DNA of 63,657 nucleotides, counting the filler, from Hausera hauseri (Eukaryota), in the NCBI GenBank assembly GCA_046269625.1. It is 12 parts of 12 records of this genome, joined end to end, with 100 filler letters (N's around TTAATTAATTAA, not from the genome) between each part and the next. Parts side by side here need not be neighbours in the genome. Positions count along the whole stretch, not along the records: positions 9,994 to 14,014 come from JBJURY010813643.1; positions 14,115 to 20,707 come from JBJURY010083102.1; positions 20,808 to 24,917 come from JBJURY010754541.1; positions 25,018 to 29,002 come from JBJURY010838748.1; 8 more parts are not named here. One strand, given 5' to 3'. The notes under the pieces are model-generated. The model was not told where the DNA came from. It did no database searches and was given only the letters and a program-made list of their open reading frames with translations. How positions within the stretch are numbered: the first letter of the stretch is position 1; each line of letters begins with the position of its first letter. The translations under genes were made by a program, and so were the position numbers. This document shows, one piece after another, positions 12,854 through 25,619 of the stretch.

Positions 12854-13475
12854 ATTTCTTCTTCAGATTGATGAAACAATACAGAATTTTTGTTGGAATC
12901 GGGTGAATAAAAACTTTGCATACAAGTACTACAGTCATTAAAACGTATGGTATCAATGGATATAGATTTGGACGAAAAGGGAGAATATTTGAGAACAAAA
13001 TTGCTGTCAAAATATTTTGGTAAGAGCTTTAAAAAGTTTAAAAATGACAGGAAAATCTGAAAGTGATAATCTACATGGTTCTACCAAACCCAGCAAACTT
13101 TATGATCAGATGACAATGGTTGAGATTCAGGATTATCTAGACTCTAAAGGAGCATCGAATCTTATTATTAATCTTATCATCAATCATAGTACAAACGAAA
13201 GAATATTTTACGAAATGATAGAATTTGGAATTTCTTTGCTGGAAGGTGGAAATTCAGCTGTTCAAAAATCGATTCATGATCGACTTTGTCATGATAAATC
13301 ATCCGATAAATTTTTCCAGGCATTTAGTAATTTCATTACTGAAGCTGAAAATGAAATAAAGACTTTAATTATCACGGCTGCAGATGAGAATTTCAGAAAT
13401 CCGTTGGAAAATATCATGCCACAAAAGAGAATCCGTGACAGAAGTAATCTACCAACAGTTCTTCGACGGCAATAG
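12854..13475 (+). pseudogene. itpr: Invertebrate-type inositol 1,4,5-trisphosphate receptor fragment (around the RIH-associated region)
   Basis: EIQDYLDSKGASNLIINLI..ERIFYEMIEFGISLLEGGNSAVQKS..DKSSDKFFQAF matches ITPR (LDKEGASNLVIDLI..LLEGGN..EKFFKVF). Upstream part is frameshifted and has a stop. Confidence 0.85.
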
Positions 13476-14114
13476 GATAATGCGTCAAAACTTCTCTTAG
13501 CAAACATGGAAAGTAGGCACGACAGTGAATATTTAACTGAAGAATTTAAAAACCAATCAAAATTTTCTTAACGAAACGTTAAAATGGTCCTCATACAAAG
13601 GTAATGCAAAATCCGTTGAAATTCTTATTAATTTCAGAGCCAATCCGAATTATGCAGGCGAGTTTGGCATTGTTACGACACTGCCGAAATTGACAGTGAA
13701 TTCGTCTGAGGGATTCTCAAGTTTTGCAAAAATAAGAATTCTGTTTATGCAATTAACGGGTTTATGTCCAGTATTTTGTTGAAATTAGCCGATCATGAGT
13801 ACGTTAATGATTAGATTCCGGGTCACTTAAAGACGTGTATTATTGACTGCTTTAAAGACAAAAGAATTGAGTTGTTTTAAGAATTCAAATAAATATTTTT
13901 CTGATGATTTGAATTTTGAAAATTGTTTATATTCCACGCCATTTTTTACTATTTTGTGCCAATGGATTTGAATATTTATTTTACAACCGCTGTTGAAACA
14001 AAAACGATTCGTTANNNNNNNNNNNNNNNNNNNNNNNNNNNNNNNNNNNNNNNNNNNNTTAATTAATTAANNNNNNNNNNNNNNNNNNNNNNNNNNNNNN
14101 NNNNNNNNNNNNNN

Positions 14115-14337
14115 GGGAATAGTGAAACCCACTTGGAGCCAGATTGCTTTGTTCCGGGGTGGGAATAGTGAAACCCACTTGGAGCCAACTTCGTTTCTCA
14201 TTGGTCACTTCCACCATGACGTGTCCTCTTCCCATTCGCCAGTTTTCCTTCCCCCGATGACGTGTCCTCTTCCCATTGGCTTCTTTCCTTCCCCGGGGGA
14301 GGGGGGTAGTGGCTCGAAGTCCTCACATCCTACTACT
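14115..14337 (+). mobile_element. Probable terminal inverted repeat end of a Polinton/Maverick
   Basis: GC-rich block with internal direct repeats (GGGAATAGTGAAACCCACTTGGAGCC x2; ATGACGTGTCCTCTTCCCATT x2) ending in CTACTACT, i.e. 5'-AGTAGTAG on the other strand, the simple-repeat terminus typical of many Polintons. Confidence 0.5.
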
Positions 14338-15240
14338 GTCGGGCAACTGCTAACAATGATCAAAGTCCGGCAACAATGACGAATTATGATTAATTATTTA
14401 TCAGACGCGACCAACTGAGAAATTATTTATGTAACAACAATTAGTGACGAATTATTTATATGCTAACAGTGTTCTTTGTATATTGAGATCTATTATGTAC
14501 GTGACGAATTTGTATTGTATTCACGTTGTCCCATTTTATGTGTATATTATGAATTTTTAATTAAAAGTGATATATAAAAATGACTATATAAACAGTGTCA
14601 TAATTAATATTTTCATAAACATTCTTGAAATTTTTCTTGCGAACATTACGAATTTTATGACAGCACGTAAGTGTACTGAATTGTAATTTTATAAGTGCAT
14701 GGTAAATTTCGCATTGGTTATCAAATTATATAGATTATATTTTTGCGTAATTTCTTTTTTTGAATTCAATATATCTTGTGGAAAATAAAAAATAAATAAC
14801 AAAGTAAGCGAATACTAATTTGGACAATTGATCGACCAGGTTAAAGATACCTGACGACCGCCCAACTAATACTAAGTAAAACAATAAGATATTAAACCGT
14901 AGTAAGTAAAGTATAAAACGGTGGTCGGCTTGAAACATATTACCAACTATAACTAGGTAAGGTCCACGATATTCCTTTACTAGATACCACTGAAACCGAT
15001 AAAATTGTTCTCCCCATTAATTGGCAAATTCACGAAATTAAACGTGGGATCCTGGTCTAATTAGTGAGGATTGAACAATACTTTGAAACAAATAGGACAA
15101 AAATAGGCTTTATTGTTTTTTTTTATTTCAATTTTTTACAATAATCTATTAATTAATTAAAATTTATAGTTTTTGAATAAATCTAACTATATCAAAAAAC
15201 AAAAGAATCATAATTATAAATGAACAACTTTTCCAGTTTC

Positions 15241-16175
15241 TCAATTGTTCTGTGTAGAGCAGTCAATCTGTAAGTTTTTATCTTTAAAATCACCATCTCC
15301 AGCTTTTGGGAAAAATAGAATCGATGAAAGTATTATAGGAATCACATAAACGGTAAAAAAAGAATTTATCAAGCACCATTCCAAACGCTCTCCATTCTGA
15401 AACAATTTTGTTAACACGGTTTCTGTTTTCGTTTGTTTTCTGGACTGAAATGAGATCTTTAATCACATCGTTAATATCTTTTGTAATAAGATTCACTCGT
15501 CTTGCAATGAAGACGTTTTTTGGTGTACAGGAAAACCTATTTCAGTACGATAGACTGCATTGAATTCGAGAACAAGATCCTTGAGCATAATCTGGACGAA
15601 AAGTGCTAGAAACGTCGCCAGCGCTGTTGTAGCTAGCCCACGACGCAGCTAATCTACTTGGACGCGGTGATTGTAGTCATTATCACTAGTGCTATTAGAA
15701 GGAGGAATACGATCAAAAACGGACGATGCCTTTGCTGCACAGTTAGGTGTGTTGGTGCGGTTATTTCGAGGATCAGCAGTTTCAAGGTTCTGTCACAAAT
15801 GGTTTGTGTGAACATAGTTCGAAAACTGGGGTCGTTGAGAATTGTTCATTTGATAGTAAAAGTCATAAAACTGAGGTAGAATTCCTTTGTTCATAAATTC
15901 TCCAAGTGGATAAGCTCTTTGAACTTCCTTGTATTTTGGGGAAGATGTTACTCGTTTTGGAGGTTTTTCAACGTTATACTTTGAAGATTTTAAAATCATT
16001 TCCAGATCAACGAATAATATCCTGGCACCACGCTTTATGGTTAACTTTTTAGCCAAAAATGGAACTTCCTTCCGATTGTCCCCTCTGAAGTGAAAATTGA
16101 TGGTTATCAAACAAAAAAATGTTGAGCGAGTGATTAGCGTCATATTAGCAAAGTAGTATGTTCAATTAATTATCT
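15241..16175 (-). pseudogene. Cys-loop ligand-gated ion channel (nAChR-like), M3-intracellular loop-M4 exon, frameshifted
   Basis: YYFANMTLITRSTFFCLITINFHFRG..VP..ARILF (M3/MX) and SEWRAFGMVLDKFFF then TVYVIPIILSSILFF (MA/M4) after a slip in a T-run. Confidence 0.8.
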
Positions 16176-16268
16176 GTTTTATGTAGGATTATGATACATT
16201 GTCATCTGGTTTTTTGCATTTCATTTTAGCAAACACCGCACGTTTTTCGACAATCTGAGATTGTGGAC

Positions 16269-19200
16269 TGTGGTGGCCCCCGAGTCCGCGGCATCACACT
16301 ACCTCCTCCCGTTATAAAGATGACACTGTGTTAATGTAACGGGAGTAAGAGAACAAGGTAGACATATGTAAGTGAACTAATGAGTCTTTGTATGGACAAG
16401 ACTAAATTTTTTTGATATTTTGTTCTCTGCTGTATTTGCTGAAGGTGACTGTCTTGTGTTTTTTACCATGTTGCTTGATTGTTTGCTGAGTTAAGTGGTA
16501 AGAAGTTACATTTTGATTTGACGTGTCAGTAGCTTCAAAACTAGTCGGTATGTCGTTTAGCGTAGTTTTTTGTATTGATGGGGGTTTTGGAATGGCAGGT
16601 TTTCGTGGAGGTAGAACAGAAGAAGGATTGAAAGAGTCAAGGAAGGTATGTGCAGAGTTAGTTGTTGAATCCGGTGCGTCATTAACTAAAATGCAGGTTT
16701 TACGTTAGATACATTTTGTTCTTTGTCGTTTTTAAGTATTGTAACCGTGTGTGAAGTTAGACTGAGGACTTTGTATGGTCTTAAATAGTTTGGTTGGAAT
16801 CCGGAAAGTAAATGATTTTTTATCCACACGAACTTTGCATTAAATAGCGTGTTAGGTAAATATGATTTGTCACAATGTACTATTTTGCAGAAAGAATCCT
16901 GCCTCAATTGAACAAACTGACTTTGTGCAGACCTTATCGTTTAGTCAGTCGGTGTGTTATCCAAATCGGTGAGTTCAAATAGTGAACGAATTGTGGTACC
17001 AACGAGTGCTTCAGCGGGTGCGCAACCGGTACTAGTAGATGGCGTGTTGCGCCACCCGAGTAAAACAAAAGGGAGGATGGTTGTCCAATTCTTATGAGTT
17101 TCCGCCAGGATTTTTAAGGAGATCTTGAGAGTGCGATAAAAGCGTTCCAATAAGCCGTTCGACTGGGGATGGTATGGAGTTGTGTGTATGTGATTTATGC
17201 CCAGTCGATTAACTAAAGACCTGAATAGGTTCGATTTAAATTGGGGATTTTGGTCTGTAATTATATAGCGAAGTGAACCGAACCGGCTAATCCAAATCCT
17301 TATGAATGCATCGGCAATGGAGTCTATATTGATAGAGCGCAAAGGGACGACTTCAGGTTAACGAGATGCGCGGTCCATCATTGTTAAGATGAATTGATAG
17401 CCGTTATCGGAAGGTAATAGGCCAACGACATCTATGTGAACTAATTCAAAACGGGATGTACATGGGAAATGGAATAATGGTGGTTTAAGATATTTAGCTA
17501 CTTTGAACATTTGGCAAGCTAAGCATTGCTTAACCTAGCTTTGTACATCAGACCTCATTGATGGCCATGTTACGTGGAGTTTGAGAAGGCAGAATATAGT
17601 CTTGGGTAATGAAAGAATAAACATGTTGAAATGCAGTTTGTTGGAGAGGAAGTGCCAAAATTGACAAATGTTGTCCAGGTGTCGAAGTATCCATGCCTAT
17701 TCCATCGATGATTTGCACGGATTTGTATTGTCTCAGAATTTCATTGGAAGGTGGATTTTGGATTAACCGGTCTTTTGAAAATATTGGTGTGATGCTAATT
17801 GCTCCAACTGATTGTGATAAGAAATGGGCTATTAAATTGTCTGTGCCAGAAATATGGCGAATTCTGAAGCTAAATGCTGACAGATAATAGATATGGCGTT
17901 CTTGTCGGAGTGTTGGTTGTTTTATGTTTATTACGTGAACGAGATGTTTGTGGTCAGTTTGATTGGTAAAGGAACAAGCGATATGCAAGTGTGAAAAATG
18001 TTTCAGAGCTAAAACAATAGCTAGGAGTTCTCTATCGAAGGTAGAATAGCGGCGTTCTTGTGGCTGCAGCTTGCGTAAAAAGAATTCTAACAGTTCATTT
18101 ATACCTTAAGATATTTGATGAAGAACCGCTCCTACTGCTGTAGTTCATGCGTCGGTTGTTAAAATGAGGTCAGCATCAGGTTTTGGGTAGGCTAAAATTT
18201 CGACTGTTTTGAGCTTGTCGCGAAGTTCATGAAATTGGTTAATAAGTTCTGGCGTCCAATATATGAGCTTTTTCTTTGGTCCTAATCCTAGTTGAGCGAA
18301 AGGAGCAGTTAACTGGCTACAGTGTGGGACGTATTTATGGATAAAATGTAAAATCCCAAGGAAACTACGCATATCAGTGGTGGTTTTTGTTAGCTCCATG
18401 TTTCGTAGCTGATGGATTCTATCAGGCTGTGGACTGTGACCGTCAGGTGTAATGACCTGGCCAAGGAAATTTACTTATCTCTAAAAGAAGGAACATTTAG
18501 AAAAGTTTACTTGCAAAGTGTAGTTGTGCAAGCGTTGGAAAACTAGTGTGATATGTTCTTCGTGTTGTTTAGGCAATGCCGATGCGACTAGTACGTCATC
18601 AATGTATAGATATGCAAATGGCAAGCCTGAAAAAAATGAATCGATGTGTCGTTTGAAAGTTTGTGCTGCATTCTTTAAACCCAACGTCATGAATGCATAT
18701 TCCAAATGACCAAAAGGTGTTATAATGGCCATTTTTTGGATGTCTTCTGGTGCTACCGGTATTTGGTGGTAGGCTTTTTTGAGATCTATGGTTGAATAAA
18801 TCTTAGTCTTGTGTAAAGAATGCAATATATCTTTAATCAGCGGTAGTGGATATGCATCCATGGTTGTAACATTATTAAGTTGTCGATAGTCACCGCAGGA
18901 ACGGAATGTGCCATCTTTTTTTGGGACGACGTGGAATGGTGATTCCTATGGTGATTTAGAGCGTTTTATGATGCCAGCTTGCTCGGGTGCAGAGAATTCC
19001 GCTTGTACTGCCTGTCGACGGCGTGGTGAAAGTGGGCGGAGTTTCTGCCTAACGGGCCTAAGGTTTTCTGTGATAATATGATGAAACGTCGTGTTAGCCG
19101 GTCGAAATGCTGGGTCTTTTTTAATTGTATGGAAACAAGATTTGGCTAGATATTGTTGCATTTCTTGGCTAAGCATAGTAAAGGCTGTTGTTTTTACGAC

Positions 19201-20707
19201 AGTGGTTTGATTGGACTTAGTGTGTGAAACGCTAGAAATAGAGTCGCTAATATTGTTCTTGTCAACGCTTTTTGTTTCTCTATTACCAGACTGCAACAAA
19301 AATGTTGGATTATTTATATTGTTATTAATAACGTTCTTATTTGCGTCGGCTTATGGTTCTTTTAATATCGATTTTATAGGCGAGAATAATTGAATTATTT
19401 GTTGGTTATTTGTAGAGGTAGGTTTTGTTGAACTGCTTTTGATGATCCGACGTTGTCTGCAATTTACAAGGAGGTTGTAGAAAGATAAGAAATCAGATCC
19501 AAGTATTGAAGATTGTGTGTCGGCAACGATGAATGTCCAATTGAAAATGTCGGAAAATGGTGGTAAAGTAAATAAAACCTTGTACATGTCGAAAATTTGT
19601 AAGGCTTGGCCGTTAGCTGTGTATAATTTAGTGTTAGATGGTGAGATGAATGGTGCTTTGATGGATGGTGGTAACAGAGAAACAGCAGCCCCAGAGTCAA
19701 TGAGGAAGTTGATTGGTAGATTGGGTTTGGATGTTAAGGAGGCTTTTAATGTAAAAAGATCGTAGGTACGGCTATTAGATTGAAAACGTTTGCCTGTGCC
19801 AGTACGTGCCGAAACATCTGGCGGCTTCATGAGTTTTTTGGAGGCACAGGACTTATGTCGGAAAGAGTAGGTCGTGGTGAATTAGATTGCTTAACGAAAG
19901 TGAAACATGTAACACAATTATGTGCGTTAGAATTAAATTTGTTATAATAAATACAGATAATGTCTGGTTGTTTGAAATGGGAAGCATAAAATTTGCAACC
20001 TAAACAGCATTTAGTGGAGTTGTCTTTAAATTTAGTGTGGTAGTAACACACCATTGACCGTGTAGGTGACCTCGCATGCCTTGAATTTTGAGATGAGGTG
20101 TGACTATGGTTCGCATCAGGACGATTTCGTCTAGGCGATTTCAAATCTTCGATTTTTGACGTGAGTGCAGAAATTGCATGGTGAATGTTGGTCTTTTTGG
20201 CGCGTAAAGAATTTATCTGTGAGTTTAGATTAGCTATGTCCCTAGCTTGTTGAGTTGTCGGTGCTTGTAGCGTAGCGGCTACTAATGGGGCTGTATGTGC
20301 ATGTAAAATCTCGTGGCTTTTGTCAACCAGTTTTGCTAGTTTTTGTAGTGACGTATCNNNNNNNNNNTTCGCGTATGTTTCTTGGTAAACACTGTAGAAA
20401 TTACCTGCGTAGTAAATCGGCGTTATTTGCTTGATTAACGTCAAGGGTACTCAATTGCGTTAATGAGGTTTGTAGAAATTCTAAGAGTTTCAATGTTTCT
20501 ATGGTGTTGTCGTTAAAATATTTATGGGTGATGTTATCTAGGGATGGTTCGGCGATTTTTAAAATAGAGTTAGAATGTTTTATATTGGTCACTACTTTGG
20601 AAAATTTCCGATTAATTGGGAAGCTGCGACTTAATATTAGAAGGCAAGATTATATACAAACTGTTTGCATTAAGAAACGAGTCGACAATATTATTTGATT
20701 TCAACCA
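16269..20707 (-). mobile_element. Near full-length Ty3/Gypsy element of CsRn1/Kabuki type (gag-PR-RT-RH-INT-PPT-3'LTR), disrupted
   Basis: Gag with CYYH-x9-C-x3-C (CHCC) knuckle and a second degenerate copy. Protease FLIDSGA. RT DAYPLP, IDLKKAYHQIP, YIDD. RNase H LTTDA. Integrase TDQNPQF, TTPYHPQSNGLLERF. PPT GGGAGGAGGTAG (16299-16310). Confidence 0.93.
19798..19839 (-). promoter_or_regulatory. gag-pol -1 ribosomal frameshift signal (A AAA AAC + H-type pseudoknot)
   Basis: Gag ends CCA AAA AAC TCA TGA and pol is open in the -1 frame. After a 7-nt spacer the sequence reads GCCG-CCAG-ATGTTT-CGGC-ACGTA-CTGG. Confidence 0.75.
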
Positions 20708-21064
20708 NNNNNNNNNNNNNNNNNNNNNNNNNNNNNNNNNNNNNNNNNNNNTTAATTAATTAANNNNNNNNNNNNNNNNNNNNNNNNNNNNNNNNNNNNN
20801 NNNNNNNCTCTGATCAATAAATAAATGTATTCGTGTTACATATTTTGTTTTCTCATACAAGGTTATTGTTTTACTTTTACTTCTATCGTACTTAATAACA
20901 ATAGGTTAAGTAACCGAAAACAAAACACAAAAGATACTGAACAAAGTGCATTATTAACATTGAAATAAAACAATATACAAAAGATGATTGTCAATAATTG
21001 TCAGAATATCCAGATCAGATTGAATTGCCTGTATCTGATCTGATCTTACACTACCGAACGTGTT

Positions 21065-24000
21065 TTATTTCAACCTCCAATGTCCATACGCCCAACTCTT
21101 ATTTCGCCCCACCCACTTTCGCTAATCATCGTTACATGATACAGCGACTTTTGTATTGGTCACCATATACAGCTGGTGCTCAATTGATCGGATGATTGTT
21201 TGAGACACAACGGCCACTGATGTCCTCCTTCTGCTGCTGCTGCCGTGACCGATTTCTGCCGATTTCTGTCTGTCTCAGATTGACTGCTTTTGCCCGCATT
21301 TTCGGTCCACAGTCCGTCAGAAGACTGTAGCACTTTGGGCGTAGGAATATCCATTCCCGATACTGAATACGACCTTTACTTTCATCCTTAAAGCAGCCGA
21401 TTTTATTGATAATCGCGCTACTGTACAACGGATGATCCGGTGAGTAGTTGGACATGTCCAGTAATCCATCTGACTGCATTTGCTGCAGTAACTGCTTGCG
21501 ATTGACATTTTTCAGCCGCAGGAAAAAACTGTCTGTGTCACGGGCAATCATGTCAATATTGCAGCCGTCAAACATTTGCCGGTAACGTGTCAAGTCGCAA
21601 TACTGCAGCTCATACATCCGCAATTTGTTCAGGTTCAAAACCACTCATCCGATGTAACTTGGCCGGTCCAGAACGACATCTTCCCTGTTTAACAACACAG
21701 CAACCAATCCATCGGCCATGTGCATTGACCGCCGAAACTGTGCCTTGCTGATATACATAACCAGCCGCTTTTCTGAGTTACATAGACTCACATTAAGCCA
21801 TTTTTCAAATTCACCACTGTTTTTCCGTACAGGGAATTGTTTTTTAGCTTGTAGTAGTCCTTTTCGCACTTTGTACAAGCTGCGGCTCGTTTCTCCGAAT
21901 TTCCATCTATGTACGCCTTGAATATGGGAGCCTGAGCCAATCGGATTGCACGATGCAGCTGTGACGCGTACACCAAGCTGCATGTAGTACTGTAGCAGAC
22001 TCCAGTGAACCACGTAATTAAGCTTCGGTTTATGCGTCATGAGCAGTTTTTTCACTTTTGAGCCTGGCGGATATTGGTTAAATGGTGCGACCGGTAAATC
22101 GTCCAAAACGTCATGCAGCTTATCTGGTATCTCAAGATCGACCGCCATCAGGTATCCGACTGAACCTGCCGTGTCTACTCGTTGTAGGTTGACCATTATG
22201 TCGTCCAGATCTTGTCTGTCGACTACCCATTCAAATGAACCGTACGGTAAGGGTTGCGAAAGCGCCCAGCCGTACAGGTTATTAATATCAATATACAGCA
22301 GTGATGTGATATTGGTAGCACTGACCCGATGCTTGTTGATAAATGTAATGCTGCCGCGAATACCAACATCAAACATTTGGTACATTTCCGGGTCTTGCAG
22401 CAGCTCAATGTCTCGATTTAGTGGCATTAGAGCTGACGCCTAACTCATTCCAGGTATGGAATAAAAGTTGAGTGGCTCCAATCTATCTTCCGTCAGCGCT
22501 TTGGTCTGAAATGCTTCGAACATGTCGGCTAATAAGTGCACGTCCAGTTTAAGATGCTGGAGCATGTAATCCAACATGTTTTTACAGCCCAGTTCTGTCC
22601 AAGATTTTTGTGCTCTCCGATATTTATCTTCTGCGATACCTGTCCATCGCGACGATAATTCCTCTGTTGTCTGGAGTTGCTCATATGATGTTGCAAAGTC
22701 ATATGGAAATATACCTTTGCTGCGTGCAATATGTGCAAGGAACTGTGTCAGTGCTATCGGCACATCTGGCAAGGCATTTACCAGCTTTGCCAATGATTCA
22801 TTGAGAAATTGCAATGAATCAAAGAAGCGTACCTGGAACCGATTTATACGAGCAGATAGTGACAAGTATTTCTCCATCGTAGTCGGAATTATGGATAGTT
22901 CCTATTGCTGAAATCCATTTATTGCCCATTTTAATATATGGTGACAATCATAACCCCTGAAGTTATGAAATACCACCGGTAAGAATTGCCGCACATATCT
23001 TGCCAAATTAAATAAATTACATGCTGCTCCGAGATATCGACCGGTAAAATGATCGTGATCCGGTACGAGCCATTCCAGTGCGTCGAACGGTAATATTTTG
23101 TGGCACAGGTTACATTCATCTGTAACTGCAAACGTCAGGCGTTCATCTTCATCTGTCCACATGAAGAGTTTATTGCTATTTCTACTGTACCAGGGTGCGA
23201 TTTCAGTTTCCACTATGGTTTGCAACTTCAGCAAAAAATCGCGTACACAATTCCATCCGTGGAAAACATAATATTGAGGTTGACCTGCGGCTTTTATTAG
23301 GACAACCAATATACCGACGGCGATTGAAACATGTTTTTTGTCATATATGTTGTGCCATTGTAAGATAGCTTCGATATCGGAATATACTACATATGCCGGA
23401 CTGTCTGTTTTTGACCAATCAGTGAATCTGAGTTCCTGTTTGACGGGCATGACATACATTATGGTTCCTGGTAAATTTTTTTTGCACAGAGTCACATGTT
23501 TCGCCCACGTTGTTTCCGACCTGAATCCATGAAAGCATAGAGGACACCATTTACACTGTATCCGTTTTTGGAGGAAATGGTCATGCTCCATGTTCAGTAC
23601 TCTGCCCATATTTGAAACTGCAACGTAATGGTACTCTTCTTTTTGTTCCAGTAGCAAAAAATTTACTGAGTATCCATTTGGATTATATTCGCATGAGGAT
23701 TTTTGTAAATTTCTTCATCCGCTGGTATTTCTACAATTGTGTTGTACCGGAACACGTTGATTGCCAGTGTCGGATTACGCCGTTCAAAAGCCCGAATGAA
23801 TTTCATTTCATTGGCATCCAGCTTTCATCGAAATCCAATTCGGAAAAATATTTCTGATACTGTTTTGGACGAGATACACTACGTCTGTCCACTTCATCAT
23901 ATTTCAATACAGCCAGAATACTGTAAAAAAACAGTATTCATCGTTAGGATTTTTTACATTTACTACCGCCAGAGACTGCTTCAGAGCTGCAGGTGTCGGT

Positions 24001-24520
24001 ATGAATGATCGTCCAGACAAATATATTATGTTATTCGACTTTGTTATGATAAATCCGAAGATGACAATTCGTATAATTCGCCATCCAATACGTTTTTCCG
24101 TGTAATTGGCGATTTTCTCCTCGAGCTTTTCGCCGACGTCGGCAATAAAATTATTGGCAGGAGATACTGCTCGATGTGACAGGTACCATTGTTTTATATC
24201 ACCTTTAACTTTTCAAATCCTGCAAGTGCATAATATTGAACTTTGCAGTGTTGGTGTTGGAATATCCCCACTTCTAATTCCAACCGGCTGCGCACATTTT
24301 GCGGAACATGTCTCGATTTCGTATGTGTTGTTGTTGTTTTCCCCGACATGTTCGCTTTATGTCCACGTACTATCAGTTCAGATCGCACTTGACATTATTT
24401 TTGTGTTCGTGTTGTATCCGTTCCTCTTGTTGTTGCTGCTCCTGCTGCTCCTGCTGTTGCTCTTCTTCTTATTGCAGCTCGGTACTGGTTCTGATGTATT
24501 TGTCCAAACTTATTAATACC
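21065..24520 (-). pseudogene. Polinton protein-primed DNA polymerase B with EndoVII-like insert, disrupted
   Basis: VYSDIEA (ExoI), DHDHFTGRYLGAAC, VFHNFRGYDCH (ExoII), SKGIFPY, LKLDVHLLAD, YIDINNLYGWA, YKLKNNSLYGKT, DTDSF, IGCFKDE, LRPKCYS, AYGHW stop. Confidence 0.92.
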
Positions 24521-25619
24521 TTACGTTTCCTAATGGTTGTTGTTGTTGAAGGGATGCTGCTGATTTTGTTGATTCCATTAACATTTGTTTTTTCGACCAC
24601 CGCTGAAACTGGTTTAAGTGGTCCTGGTGATCACTGTAAAATTGTTCATAGTTGATTTCATCAACTATTAAACAACGGGGCAAATATAGGCCCATTTACC
24701 GTGCACCGTTGTGGCGCTATAGTATTGCTCCATTGCACTATGTTACCCATTCAAGTCGTGCACTGTACTTGTACAGTACCGTGGGTACATGAGACAATCA
24801 CTAGCATCATCTTCGTCGACCGTGTAAACGGCCAGAGATGATGCTTGTGCATCTCATAAAAATTGGTGTCCGGACATTGAGCTGAGATACTACACGTCGG
24901 ACACAGATGTGTCCATTNNNNNNNNNNNNNNNNNNNNNNNNNNNNNNNNNNNNNNNNNNNNTTAATTAATTAANNNNNNNNNNNNNNNNNNNNNNNNNNN
25001 NNNNNNNNNNNNNNNNNTGGTTTTATCGGTGGTGTCAATAGTTGGGGAAGAGTTCGTGCCACCACGGATACGAAGATGTATGTGGAGGTAAGTGTGGCTT
25101 GAGAAAGATGGCAGGGTTCCGGTGTGAGGTATGATAGCGTCGTTATCGGTGAGATAAAATTCGGAAGAGTTAAGTAAGAAAGAAATGAAGGTACGAAGAG
25201 TTGCAATATGTAAATGCTGTGTAGTGATAGTGTAAACGTGGGTATTATTGAGGAAAAAGAAAATAGAGGAGGAAGAAGTAGAGTGCCTGGGGCGTGTTGT
25301 AGGCCGACGCGGAAGGCGCCATCTGACCGACCGGCGCAGAGTTGACGGTCTTGACCTCCACCCCGGCGAGGAGGGCCCCAAATTGCAGGGTGACCGAATC
25401 TTCCCTCTGAGGTGTGCTAAAATATGATTGAGAATTGCCACCATCATCGTTGTAGATAATATTATTGTTAAACCGAATACTGAAAGCACTATCAGAGATC
25501 AATGTGTTCAGAATTAGGAGAAAATGTGTCTGAACTATATTTTGCGTCAAAATTTCGAGTAGCTTTTGTGCACTGTGGAGGCAGATCATTTTATGGAGGT
25601 TGTTTGTTTAGGATCATAT

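Noticed and set aside
20358-20367. 10-N gap inside gag
   Set aside because: Scaffolding gap; the apparent frame change there cannot be interpreted.
24106-24655. Poly-Leu and poly-Cys plus-strand ORFs
   Set aside because: Antisense readings of the Q/E-rich PolB N-terminus.
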